Shown here: positions 40,140 to 48,924 of the stretch, in pieces
Numbering within the stretch: position 1 is the stretch's first letter
Layout: the number at the start of each line of letters is the position of its first letter
DNA from: an uncultured virus (IMG/VR IMGVR_UViG_3300034062_003925)
Lineage: Duplodnaviria > Heunggongvirae > Uroviricota > Caudoviricetes
Reading direction: 5' to 3' (one strand)
Length of the DNA stretch: 64,000 nucleotides
Virus record (IMG/VR): IMGVR_UViG_3300034062_003925
Span: 1-64,000 of that record
Made by a program: the position numbers and the translations under genes
The notes under the pieces: model-generated
What the model was told of the DNA's origin: nothing
Seen by the model: the letters and a program-made list of their open reading frames with translations, nothing else
Database searches by the model: none

Positions 40140-41627
40140 ATGAAAAAAATTAACAGCACATATATTGATAACTTAGTGAGTAAAATTATCAATGAAACTT
40201 TAGAAGGTAGAGCGAATAGTTTAGTTTCTAAAATAAATGAGTTAGGTGGAATGGATGATGACCATCGTAAGTCTGATAAACCTAACTTATCAAAAATGAC
40301 TGATAAAGAAATCGAGAACTTATTAAAGAAACCTGTTAGAGGTGGAATGAGTTCTGACGATGAAGAGAAATGGAATGAACTTGATGAAGAATCTGAAGTT
40401 TGTGAATGTGGTGGAGGTATGTATGAAGGTGAATGTATGGAATGTGGTAAATCATATATGGATGAAGATATCTATGATGTATCCAAAAACTTTCCTAAAA
40501 AACAATCGTTCGATTATGTCCAAGAAGAAGATGATGTTGATTTTGAAGAGGAAAAATCTGAAAAAGAAGAGGAAAATAGTGAATTTTGTAGATATCAGAA
40601 AAAAATGTTCGGACCTGAAGATGAGAGATACCAAGAAAAATGTTTAGGTATGGAAATGAATATGAATGAAAGATTACGAGGTAATCAAAAAAAAATTGAT
40701 AAGAACAAAAACAATAAGATTGATGCGGAAGACTTCAGAATGTTGAGAAAAGGTGGAGAAACGGATGAACAATGGCAAGCTTTAGCTGCGGATATGGCAG
40801 TTGCAGCGGCACCATCGGTTGCTACTTGGGCATTAGATAAAGCGTTTGGTGAAAGTAATGAAAGTAAGAAAAAATTTCCTGATTTGAGTGGTGACGGTAA
40901 AGTAACTCGTAAAGATGTATTAATGGGTAGAGGTGTTAAATTAAAAAAATCTCTTAAGTTATCTGAATCAGAAATGATTGATTTGATTGAAAAAATTGTA
41001 TTAGAGGACAAAGTAAAATCTAATATTAAAAATTTAACCGAACCTAAAGGATTAACCACATATAAAAGAGCGTTTAAAGGTTCTGGTAAAGAGAATGATG
41101 ATTATATCAAATCTGTTGCTAAGAAAATGAAAGAATACTTAAAAGACGGTTCTAAAGGGGATTACGAAACAAACCCTAAACATTTCCCAAAAAGTAATGG
41201 TGGATTAGCAAAAATGAAAAAAATGGCTTACGAAGTTTCTAAAGATGGTGAAGAATTTTTGGATGATTACATGAGACCTGGTATGGAAAATCTTGATTAC
41301 GATGAAATACATCCCAATGAAGATTGGATGAAAGATAATATCGAAGGGTCTTCAAGAACAGGTAATAATCCTGAATGGATAAATGCTGAAAAAACTGAAT
41401 TAGGGGCAAAACTTAATAAAAAACGAAAAGAAAATAAATTTGCTAAAGCTAAAAGAATGGCGGCAAATAAATCACCCCAACCTGTCGTTACAGATAAACC
41501 AGGTCAAGAGTCAGGAAAAGGGTTAGACATTAAAGTTGAATCAACTGAATCAAAAACAGATAAGAAGTTAAATGAAGAATTTGAAAAAATGAAATCATTA
41601 ATTTCATACGATAGAAAGACTCAGTAA
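40140..41627 (+). CDS. Modular putative prohead core/internal protein with EF-hand-like loops
   Basis: IDKNKNNKIDAEDF and PDLSGDGKVTRKD DxDxDG-like loops, CECG..GECMECG, LKLSESEMIDLIEKIV, and a C-terminal LNEEFEKMKSLI. Confidence 0.6.
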   Translation: MKKINSTYIDNLVSKIINETLEGRANSLVSKINELGGMDDDHRKSDKPNLSKMTDKEIENLLKKPVRGGMSSDDEEKWNELDEESEVCECGGGMYEGECMECGKSYMDEDIYDVSKNFPKKQSFDYVQEEDDVDFEEEKSEKEEENSEFCRYQKKMFGPEDERYQEKCLGMEMNMNERLRGNQKKIDKNKNNKIDAEDFRMLRKGGETDEQWQALAADMAVAAAPSVATWALDKAFGESNESKKKFPDLSGDGKVTRKDVLMGRGVKLKKSLKLSESEMIDLIEKIVLEDKVKSNIKNLTEPKGLTTYKRAFKGSGKENDDYIKSVAKKMKEYLKDGSKGDYETNPKHFPKSNGGLAKMKKMAYEVSKDGEEFLDDYMRPGMENLDYDEIHPNEDWMKDNIEGSSRTGNNPEWINAEKTELGAKLNKKRKENKFAKAKRMAANKSPQPVVTDKPGQESGKGLDIKVESTESKTDKKLNEEFEKMKSLISYDRKTQ

Positions 41628-41675
41628 TATACATTTAAATAATAGTTATTATATTTTCTCCATAAGACATTTCTT

Positions 41676-42143
41676 ATGGAGAATTTTTTTAATTATATAA
41701 CAAAACCATTAACCCCCGAAGAGGTAGACCTTTGGTTCAGGAGTAATAATATTATTCCCGAAAAATTGGAATTATTTTCTGATTTTAGTCACTCATTGAA
41801 TATTTTAATAGTTGACACTTATTTAGGGGAACCACCAAAATCAAATGAAACTAAAATAACTTTAAGTGAGGATGATAATCAACGACACTTTGAATGGTGT
41901 TGGAATAAAATCATTGACAATTTTAAAAAGGAAGAATTAATTTTTGAATATGATGGTGAACATTTTGATTATTTCAAGTCATTCTTTGATGAAATTTTTT
42001 ATAATCAGAAAGATGAAAAGATTAGAAAATCTATCGGAAGTTTTTTCAGTGATTTATTTGACACAAAAAAACCCTTCACTAAATCTGATATTGATATGAT
42101 ATCTTCAATTTATAAGATGTTGGATAAACATATGAAAAAATAA
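41676..42143 (+). CDS. Hypothetical protein
   Basis: Clean ORF. Confidence 0.6.
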   Translation: MENFFNYITKPLTPEEVDLWFRSNNIIPEKLELFSDFSHSLNILIVDTYLGEPPKSNETKITLSEDDNQRHFEWCWNKIIDNFKKEELIFEYDGEHFDYFKSFFDEIFYNQKDEKIRKSIGSFFSDLFDTKKPFTKSDIDMISSIYKMLDKHMKK

Positions 42144-42219
42144 AAAAAATATGTGTATTGTTTACTATAGAGTAAAAAAAGTTTACTTTATCAGTAATAA
42201 AATTAATAAATAAAATCAA

Positions 42220-42402
42220 ATGGAAACATTAGAAAAAATTAAAACAATGACAGAAGAATTGTCGGCTAATACCACAAAATTCTTCAAAGGGAATAAAAGC
42301 GCTGGAACTCGTGCTAGAAAAACTGCACAAGTGTTAAAAGACTTATTACAAACTTTGAGAAAAGAAATTTTGGAAGAAAACAAAAGTGCCGATAATGAAT
42401 AA
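42220..42402 (+). CDS. Histone H1-like (Hc1-family) small DNA-binding protein
   Basis: KF..GNKSAGTRARK..Q.LK.L...LRKEI is the Hc1-like motif typical of Bacteroidota. Confidence 0.8.
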   Translation: METLEKIKTMTEELSANTTKFFKGNKSAGTRARKTAQVLKDLLQTLRKEILEENKSADNE

Positions 42403-42583
42403 TTTAGATAGTATATTTTTATTTATATTTATCTTTTCGGTATTAACCGTGGTAAGAACGGTTTTTAGGTTTGTAAGTGCCCTATCACAATCACCACCAA
42501 CTAAATTGGTGTTAAGTGGAAGGGAACTTATATCCTTAGGATTGGCGGTTACCTACACCTTAACTTATTTAATACAAAATTAA
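42395..42583 (+). CDS. Small two-TM membrane protein
   Basis: Two hydrophobic helices. Confidence 0.55.
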   Translation: MNNLDSIFLFIFIFSVLTVVRTVFRFVSALSQSPPTKLVLSGRELISLGLAVTYTLTYLIQN

Positions 42584-42585
42584 TT

Positions 42586-43020
42586 ATGAGCTTATATAAA
42601 GAATTCTCGATACTATTTCCTTACCTACAGTCTGTTAGGAAAATTAAAACTTATCTAACTTTTGATGTTAGTTTTCCAAATACGTGGAAACTACCTAAGA
42701 AATTTGTAAATGAGGAAAAAGTTATGGAACAAACTACAACAATACCAAATGAAAGATTATTTTCGTTTGTGTCAGAAATAACTGAAGAAGATGTTGAAAA
42801 AGTTTCCGGTAATATTCAAAATATTATAAAATACAATCTTGAAAGAGAGGAAAAAGAAAAACTATTTGACTCAAAGGTGAATGAGTTAAAAATGATATTT
42901 GAAAAACAAAACTTAAGTAATTTAAAAAGTTTACACTTTGATATTAAACAAAATAAAATAGAATTAGTTGACAATGAAGAAGAACTTGATACAACTGGAG
43001 TGGTTGGAAAAGGAGAATAG
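42586..43020 (+). CDS. Hypothetical protein
   Basis: Coupled ORF. Confidence 0.6.
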   Translation: MSLYKEFSILFPYLQSVRKIKTYLTFDVSFPNTWKLPKKFVNEEKVMEQTTTIPNERLFSFVSEITEEDVEKVSGNIQNIIKYNLEREEKEKLFDSKVNELKMIFEKQNLSNLKSLHFDIKQNKIELVDNEEELDTTGVVGKGE

Positions 43021-43162
43021 AAAAGACCAAATATTACTTGAAAAAAGTAAATTAGATTTAATTAAGGAAATCAAAAAACATAAAAAAGAGGAATTAATTC
43101 CTAAAAAAGAAAATATAAAATTAAGTCTATGGAAAAGAATAAAGAAGGTGTTAATGGGGTGA
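42974..43162 (+). CDS. Hypothetical small basic protein
   Basis: ORF ending LSLWKRIKKVLMG (amphipathic). Confidence 0.5.
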   Translation: MKKNLIQLEWLEKENRKDQILLEKSKLDLIKEIKKHKKEELIPKKENIKLSLWKRIKKVLMG

Positions 43163-43395
43163 TACAAAGATTTGCGGTATTATCGGACTCATTAGTTGAT
43201 ATATTTCCTAAGGCAAAATCTGTTGTTGTGTTTTGTTTAAATGATGAAGATTTTAATAGAACCAAAGCCCAAGTAAATAATTTTGATAATAATACTACTC
43301 AATTTAAAATTGATATTTCAGGAACTGAATTTATTTTTTTGAAGGATAAGTTGTTGAACTCCTCTGAAGATAAGATTTCTCAAACCCCATTTTAA
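43129..43395 (+). CDS. Hypothetical protein
   Basis: ORF. The start could be the GTG at 43159. Confidence 0.5.
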   Translation: MEKNKEGVNGVIQRFAVLSDSLVDIFPKAKSVVVFCLNDEDFNRTKAQVNNFDNNTTQFKIDISGTEFIFLKDKLLNSSEDKISQTPF

Positions 43396-43978
43396 CTAGT
43401 AGTTCATAAAGATATTTTCTTTGAGGGGTTGAGTAATCCTTTACTAGTAAACAATCCTTTCTACCATCATCATTAAATTTTTTTGTTAAAATATCGATAA
43501 ATCTTTCAGATTCGTCAGATGTTTTTAATGTAAATAAATTAAATTTGTCATCGTTTTGTACGATGATTTTGTTATTTAGTTTCGATATTAACTTAAATCC
43601 TGTATGGTCTAAGTATTGTTTAATGAACTGACGTGTATCAATCTTTTTATTTGTTGTATAATCTAAAAACAATTCCTCAATTCGATATCTTGTAATATTA
43701 ATCATAGTAAGTTCAGAGTCATCTAAAGAGACTTTAACTTGTCTTCCATAATCATCTTTCATATATAAAGATGAGGGGAACGATGAGGACCGTTCGACTA
43801 ATGATAGTTCATATTCTGATACTACACCATTTTCCATAACTTTATCATAAATCACCTCATCACTTTCTTTAACAAGTAATTTATAATACTCAAAAGCCTT
43901 TTTATGTGTCTTGAATTTATTGATTATTTTCTTTTTTACTTTATTCTTAAATAGAATAACCTGATAGGTATCATTCAT
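43331..43978 (-). CDS. Hypothetical protein (215 aa)
   Basis: Long minus-strand ORF with typical codon usage. Confidence 0.65.
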   Translation of the reverse strand: MNDTYQVILFKNKVKKKIINKFKTHKKAFEYYKLLVKESDEVIYDKVMENGVVSEYELSLVERSSSFPSSLYMKDDYGRQVKVSLDDSELTMINITRYRIEELFLDYTTNKKIDTRQFIKQYLDHTGFKLISKLNNKIIVQNDDKFNLFTLKTSDESERFIDILTKKFNDDGRKDCLLVKDYSTPQRKYLYELLVKMGFEKSYLQRSSTTYPSKK

Positions 43979-44025
43979 TATGATTAATAATTATAAAATA
44001 ATAAAAATAATATATAGATAAGTAA

Positions 44026-44952
44026 ATGAATACAGAAAATTTTTATCAAGTGTTGGGTGTCGATGAAAAAGCGACACAAGAAGAAATTAAAAAGTCCTAT
44101 AGAAAAATGGCGATTGAACATCACCCTGACAAAGGTGGGAATGAAGAAACGTTTAAAAAAATATCCGAAGCTTATGATACGTTAGGTGACGAGAATAAAA
44201 GAAGACAATACGATAATCAAAAAAATAATCCATTTGGAGGTTTTGGTGGTGGAAATCCTTTTGAAGATTTCTTTAATTCTGGTTACCAATCTAGACGAAG
44301 AACCGCACCTGATAGTGTTATCGATATAACTGTTGGCACATTAGAATCATTTAATGGTTCCGATAAGATTATTACATATAGTCGAAAACACGGTTGTAAT
44401 ACTTGTAATGGAACGGGTGGAGATAAAAAAACATGTATTAAGTGTAATGGTGGTGGATATACTACTGTGACGATGGGAACAGGTTTATTTACTCAAGTGT
44501 TCAGACAACCATGTAATGATTGTAGAGGTGAAGGACAAGTCTTTAAAACAAGATGTGGGGTTTGTAATGGGAGTGCGACAATGACTGAAATGGAAACCAT
44601 TAAAATAAAGTTACCTCATGGTGTGGATGACGGACAGTTCTTCAAGATGCAAGGTAAGGGAGACTACAATAACGGTGTTTATGGTAATTTAGTTATAAGA
44701 GTTAAAATGGTGCCCGAAGGTAACTTTGAGAAGAGTGAGAATGATTTGGTATATAATGCGTTTTTAACTTTGGAGGATTTAAGTAAGGACAATTTAGAAA
44801 TACCACATCCATCTGGAAACATATTGATTAATTTACCCGAAGATTTTGATACGTCAAAACCCTTAAGAGTTAAATCGAAAGGGTTTAAAAGTAATGGTGT
44901 TGGGGATTTGTTTGTTAAGTTATTTGTGAAGTTTAAAAGGTCTAAAAATTAG
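44026..44952 (+). CDS. dnaJ: DnaJ chaperone (type I)
   Basis: J domain with HHPDKGG, G/F region, four CxxCxGxx repeats and a C-terminal domain. Confidence 0.95.
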   Translation: MNTENFYQVLGVDEKATQEEIKKSYRKMAIEHHPDKGGNEETFKKISEAYDTLGDENKRRQYDNQKNNPFGGFGGGNPFEDFFNSGYQSRRRTAPDSVIDITVGTLESFNGSDKIITYSRKHGCNTCNGTGGDKKTCIKCNGGGYTTVTMGTGLFTQVFRQPCNDCRGEGQVFKTRCGVCNGSATMTEMETIKIKLPHGVDDGQFFKMQGKGDYNNGVYGNLVIRVKMVPEGNFEKSENDLVYNAFLTLEDLSKDNLEIPHPSGNILINLPEDFDTSKPLRVKSKGFKSNGVGDLFVKLFVKFKRSKN

Positions 44953-45085
44953 ACATAATTTCACCGATTAATTTAACTGTACCGTAAATTGACGCAAATA
45001 ATATATAGAATGATACTATAATCATTGTCCAGTGCATACCTGATAATCCTTTTTTACATGTTTTACATTCTTCTTTATTTTCCAT
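44942..45085 (-). CDS. Small membrane protein with CxxC
   Basis: [13 protein letters not shown] followed by one TM helix. Confidence 0.5.
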   Translation of the reverse strand: MENKEECKTCKKGLSGMHWTMIIVSFYILFASIYGTVKLIGEIMSNF

Positions 45086-45190
45086 TTGTTTCTTTTTTAT
45101 AATAATATAGGAGATTTTGGATTTTATCAATAAAATTGTCGGAATTATTTATTTTTGACACACTTTTCTTATTTTTTGGGATATATTATC

Positions 45191-46024
45191 ATGAATAAAA
45201 TAATCAATTTCACACCAACAGGAACACAAACGACAAGAGATAATTCTTTTGCTCCGTTATTACCATCTGAAATAATTGATGAGGTTCATGAGGCGTATGA
45301 ATATGGTATTACGATGGTGCATATTCACGCCAGAGACCCTGAGACATTAAATAATAGTAGTGACAAAAATCACTATAGACCCATTATAGAAGGGATTAGA
45401 AAACATTGTCCTGATTTATCTATATGTGTATCTTTAACTGGTAGATTCGAACCAAATATTGACAGAAGGACTGAAGTCTTAGAATTACTTCCCGATATGG
45501 GGTCATTAACCATGTCCTCATTAAATTTCCCGACAGGTGAATCAATTAATTCTCCTGATACTATTTTGAAATTAATCCAAAAAATGGATGAATTTGGTGT
45601 TATTCCTGAAATCGAATGTTTTGATTCAGGAATGTTAAACTACACCAATTATTTGATTAAAAAAGGTGTCTTAACGGGTCCTCATTACATTAATGTTATA
45701 TTGGGTAATATGTATAACGCACAATCAGATGTTGCATCACTCAATTCGATAATTCAAAATAAACCTAATAATAGTTTATTATGTTTGGGTGGTATAGGTA
45801 AAGAACAATTGTCGTCTAATCTGTTAGGTTTATTATATGCTGACGGAATTAGAATTGGTTTGGAGGATAATTTATACTACACAGATAAAGTCAAAACAAC
45901 TAATGTTAAATTATTACAAAGAATTCGTAAGATAATGGACGAAATGGGATTGGGTGTTATATCTCCATTAAATTTTAAAAACTTAGGTTATGGAAATAGA
46001 AAAATTAACAATACTTGGATTTAG
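45191..46024 (+). CDS. kce: Beta-keto acid cleavage enzyme (BKACE / Kce, DUF849)
   Basis: IINFTPTG, P.EI..E...A...G..MVHIHARD, PDMGSLTMSSLNF, PEIECFD and DGIRIGLEDN. Confidence 0.88.
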   Translation: MNKIINFTPTGTQTTRDNSFAPLLPSEIIDEVHEAYEYGITMVHIHARDPETLNNSSDKNHYRPIIEGIRKHCPDLSICVSLTGRFEPNIDRRTEVLELLPDMGSLTMSSLNFPTGESINSPDTILKLIQKMDEFGVIPEIECFDSGMLNYTNYLIKKGVLTGPHYINVILGNMYNAQSDVASLNSIIQNKPNNSLLCLGGIGKEQLSSNLLGLLYADGIRIGLEDNLYYTDKVKTTNVKLLQRIRKIMDEMGLGVISPLNFKNLGYGNRKINNTWI

Positions 46025-46631
46025 TGAGGCGACATTAACAATGTTATTAGATATTTTGAATTCAAAAGGTCTTTATCCATCCATTGAAATCATCAATAAC
46101 TTGGGATTATTACCAACAAAAAAATACGAACATCCCAAGTTCAATATCGAAATTATTAATGATGTGGATATCAATAACAAAATGGTTACCTTGGGAGTTG
46201 GTAAGGTTAAAATGAGAAAAATAGTTAGTAATGTATTCGAGGTAAATAAAGACACTCTTTTGGTTAACCTAATATCGGATAACTCTGATATATCTCAGAC
46301 AGTTAAATTAGGTAGGGGGATAGTTGTTAATACTTTGGTAAGTATTGCTGGTCACACAACGATTGGTGATTTTGTATTTATTAATAGAAATGTTAGTATT
46401 GGTCATCATACCGTAATTGGTGAATACACAACAATAAATCCTGGTGTTAATATCGCTGGTAATGTAGTAATTGGTGAAGGTTGTCAAATTGGTATTGGAA
46501 CAAATATTATTGATGGTATTAAGATTGGTAATAATACCATTATTGGTGCGGGTTCAGTAGTTACTAAAGACATTCCTGACAATGTGGTTGCATATGGAAA
46601 CCCTTGTAAAATAATTAGAAAAAATGGCTGA
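45990..46631 (+). CDS. Sugar N-acyltransferase, NeuD/PglD-like left-handed beta-helix
   Basis: Hexapeptide repeats, SIGHH catalytic His region and GAGSVVTKDIP...GNPC. Confidence 0.88.
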   Translation: MEIEKLTILGFSEATLTMLLDILNSKGLYPSIEIINNLGLLPTKKYEHPKFNIEIINDVDINNKMVTLGVGKVKMRKIVSNVFEVNKDTLLVNLISDNSDISQTVKLGRGIVVNTLVSIAGHTTIGDFVFINRNVSIGHHTVIGEYTTINPGVNIAGNVVIGEGCQIGIGTNIIDGIKIGNNTIIGAGSVVTKDIPDNVVAYGNPCKIIRKNG

Positions 46632-47253
46632 AGGGGTATATAAAATAACTGAGGAGTTTGAAAAAAAGATTTCCGATTATACTGGTGCTCCATATGTGGT
46701 GACTGTTGACAATCAAAGCAATGCGTTGTTTTTGTCATTATATTATGAAAACATAAAAGGAAAAGAAATTGAAATCCCTAACAGGACATACCCATCAGTA
46801 CCTTGTGAAATTATACATGCTGGTGGTAAAGTTAAATTTTATAAAATTGATGGTGAAAAATTGAAGGGGGCTTATCAGTTAAAACCAACAAAAGTATGGG
46901 ATTCGGCATTAAGATTTACCGCTAATATGTTTATACCTAATACGCATATGTGTATTTCATTTACGGGGCCATATAAACATTTAAAACTATCAAAAGGTGG
47001 GGCAATACTAACCGATGATATTAAGGCATATGAATGGTTTAAACGGGCTAGGTTTAGTGGTCGTGGAGAATGTTCTTATCACGATGATGAATTTTATATG
47101 TTAGGTTGGAATTTTTATATGATGCCTGAATTATCGGCTAGAGGTTTATTAATGATGAATCAATTTTATGATTATGATGGTAATAAAAAGATGAATGATG
47201 ATATTGAATTACCATATCCTGATTTATCTAAGTTTAAAATATATACACAATGA
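46624..47253 (+). CDS. DegT/DnrJ/EryC1/StrS-family PLP aminotransferase (short form)
   Basis: EFEKKI..Y.G..Y, WDSA, and SFTGPYKHL...KGGAILTD with the PLP Lys. Only 209 aa. Confidence 0.8.
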   Translation: MAEGVYKITEEFEKKISDYTGAPYVVTVDNQSNALFLSLYYENIKGKEIEIPNRTYPSVPCEIIHAGGKVKFYKIDGEKLKGAYQLKPTKVWDSALRFTANMFIPNTHMCISFTGPYKHLKLSKGGAILTDDIKAYEWFKRARFSGRGECSYHDDEFYMLGWNFYMMPELSARGLLMMNQFYDYDGNKKMNDDIELPYPDLSKFKIYTQ

Positions 47254-47873
47254 AATTACACATTATAACCCCACTTTATCGTTTTAATTTATTAGAACAA
47301 GTTTATAATTCAATACTCATAAATGACGATATAACTTGGCATATCTCAAAATCAAATAAACGAGAAGAATTGGATTATGATTTTTTAAAAAAAGATAATA
47401 GAATTAGATTATATAATGTTGATTGTGAAGATACTGATACAACTTCTAAAAGAAACGCCGTTTTTGATAATATTAAAGATGGGTATTTTTGTTTATTAGA
47501 CGATGATACTATTTTTCACGAAAATATGTATATGAAATATGTTGATTGTGTAGAACATAATTTTATTGGGATGTTAATAGGTGAACAATTAAATTACTGC
47601 GGAAAATTAAGATTAATAGCAAGTAAACCTGTTTTTAATAAAATTGATACTGGAAACGTTTTATCACACTATTCATGTCTTAAAGAACTTAGATGGCCTT
47701 CAAAGCACATTGAAGGAAAAAATCATAAGGACTTTTTATTTTGGGATTCGGTATATGAATTTTATGGGAAAAAATGCGGAATATGGAATCAACCAATATC
47801 CTATTATAATAAATTAAAAACAAATCCTGTTAATCAGGAATATGGAAAAAAATTTACAGATAGAATATCTTGA
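47250..47873 (+). CDS. GT-A (GT2-like) glycosyltransferase
   Basis: LHIITP.YR, KRN, FCLLDDDT (DxD), IDTG and D..F motifs. Confidence 0.75.
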   Translation: MKLHIITPLYRFNLLEQVYNSILINDDITWHISKSNKREELDYDFLKKDNRIRLYNVDCEDTDTTSKRNAVFDNIKDGYFCLLDDDTIFHENMYMKYVDCVEHNFIGMLIGEQLNYCGKLRLIASKPVFNKIDTGNVLSHYSCLKELRWPSKHIEGKNHKDFLFWDSVYEFYGKKCGIWNQPISYYNKLKTNPVNQEYGKKFTDRIS

Positions 47874-48005
47874 GATAATTGGGGTGAGTGGCATATTGAC
47901 CATATAAAACCTGTCTCAAAGTTTGATAAATCAGAAAAAATATCTATTATTAACTCGTTAGATAATCAACAACCATTATGGACGGTAGATAATTTAAAAA
48001 AATAA
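47850..48005 (+). pseudogene. HNH endonuclease remnant in frame with the glycosyltransferase
   Basis: Reads FTDRIS*DNWGEWHIDHIKPVSKF...DNQQPLWTVDNLKK*, versus FVDDMSWDNYGEWHIDHIIP...NLRPLWAEENLKK in 9769..10290. TGA sits where TGG (Trp) is expected. Confidence 0.85.
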
Positions 48006-48016
48006 AATAATATAAT

Positions 48017-48871
48017 ATGTGTGTATCCTATGTAGGTGGTAAATCTAAAATTGCTCCACAATTAATAATTCCAAATATACCTAAAGACATTGAGACATTT
48101 GTCGAGTCGTTTAGCGGTCAATTTTGGACGTTTTTTAAAATGAATTTAGAGGATTACCCAAATCTTAAAACGGTAGTCTATAATGATTTTAATCCATTGA
48201 ACTATAATATGTATCAATGTTTACAGAAGAACCATCAAAGATTACTTGAAGAATGTGAAAAATTAGTGGTTCAAGAAAAGGAGGTTTTTCCGACTAATCC
48301 GATTTGTGGTGAACAATTTGTCAGGTTTCAGTCTGAAATATTTGATGAAAGTTTCAGAGTAGAGGATTACGATTATGTTGTTGCCGCAAAATATATTTAC
48401 GTTTTAACTCAAGTGTTTTCGGGGTCAAATCCTTCTAAATCAAAGTTTATTGATTTAAAAGGTAAATACCATTCAAAATTTACTTCATTTAAAAATAAAT
48501 TAAAAAAACCTGAGTGGCAAAAAATGTTTGAAAGAATTACTTTCGTTGAAAATATGGATTTTCAAGAGGTGATTGAGAAATATGACGCTCCGACAACTTA
48601 TTTTTATGTTGACCCGCCGTATTATATTGTTGGAGAAGGGAATTATTATTCTAACCACGATTTTGGAAGACAAGACCACGAAAGATTGGCGAATTGTTTA
48701 AAAAGTATTAAAGGGAGGTTCTCATTATCGTATTATGATTTTCCAATATTATCTGAATGGTTTCCTAAAGACCAATATAAGTGGGAGACAAAGGAATTTG
48801 CTAAGGCTGCTGCTGCAAAAAAAGGTAAACCTCAAACTATGGGAGAAGAACTTTTAATAATGAACTACTAA
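48017..48871 (+). CDS. Dam/D12-class N6-adenine DNA methyltransferase-like protein
   Basis: YVGGKSKI, VYNDFN, ENMDF, FYVDPPYY and ELLIMNY. Motif I is atypical (ESFSGQF). Confidence 0.8.
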   Translation: MCVSYVGGKSKIAPQLIIPNIPKDIETFVESFSGQFWTFFKMNLEDYPNLKTVVYNDFNPLNYNMYQCLQKNHQRLLEECEKLVVQEKEVFPTNPICGEQFVRFQSEIFDESFRVEDYDYVVAAKYIYVLTQVFSGSNPSKSKFIDLKGKYHSKFTSFKNKLKKPEWQKMFERITFVENMDFQEVIEKYDAPTTYFYVDPPYYIVGEGNYYSNHDFGRQDHERLANCLKSIKGRFSLSYYDFPILSEWFPKDQYKWETKEFAKAAAAKKGKPQTMGEELLIMNY

Positions 48872-48924
48872 AAAATTGGATTATTTCTTTTCACCTAATA
48901 TTTATATAATAAAAAACCTGTAAA

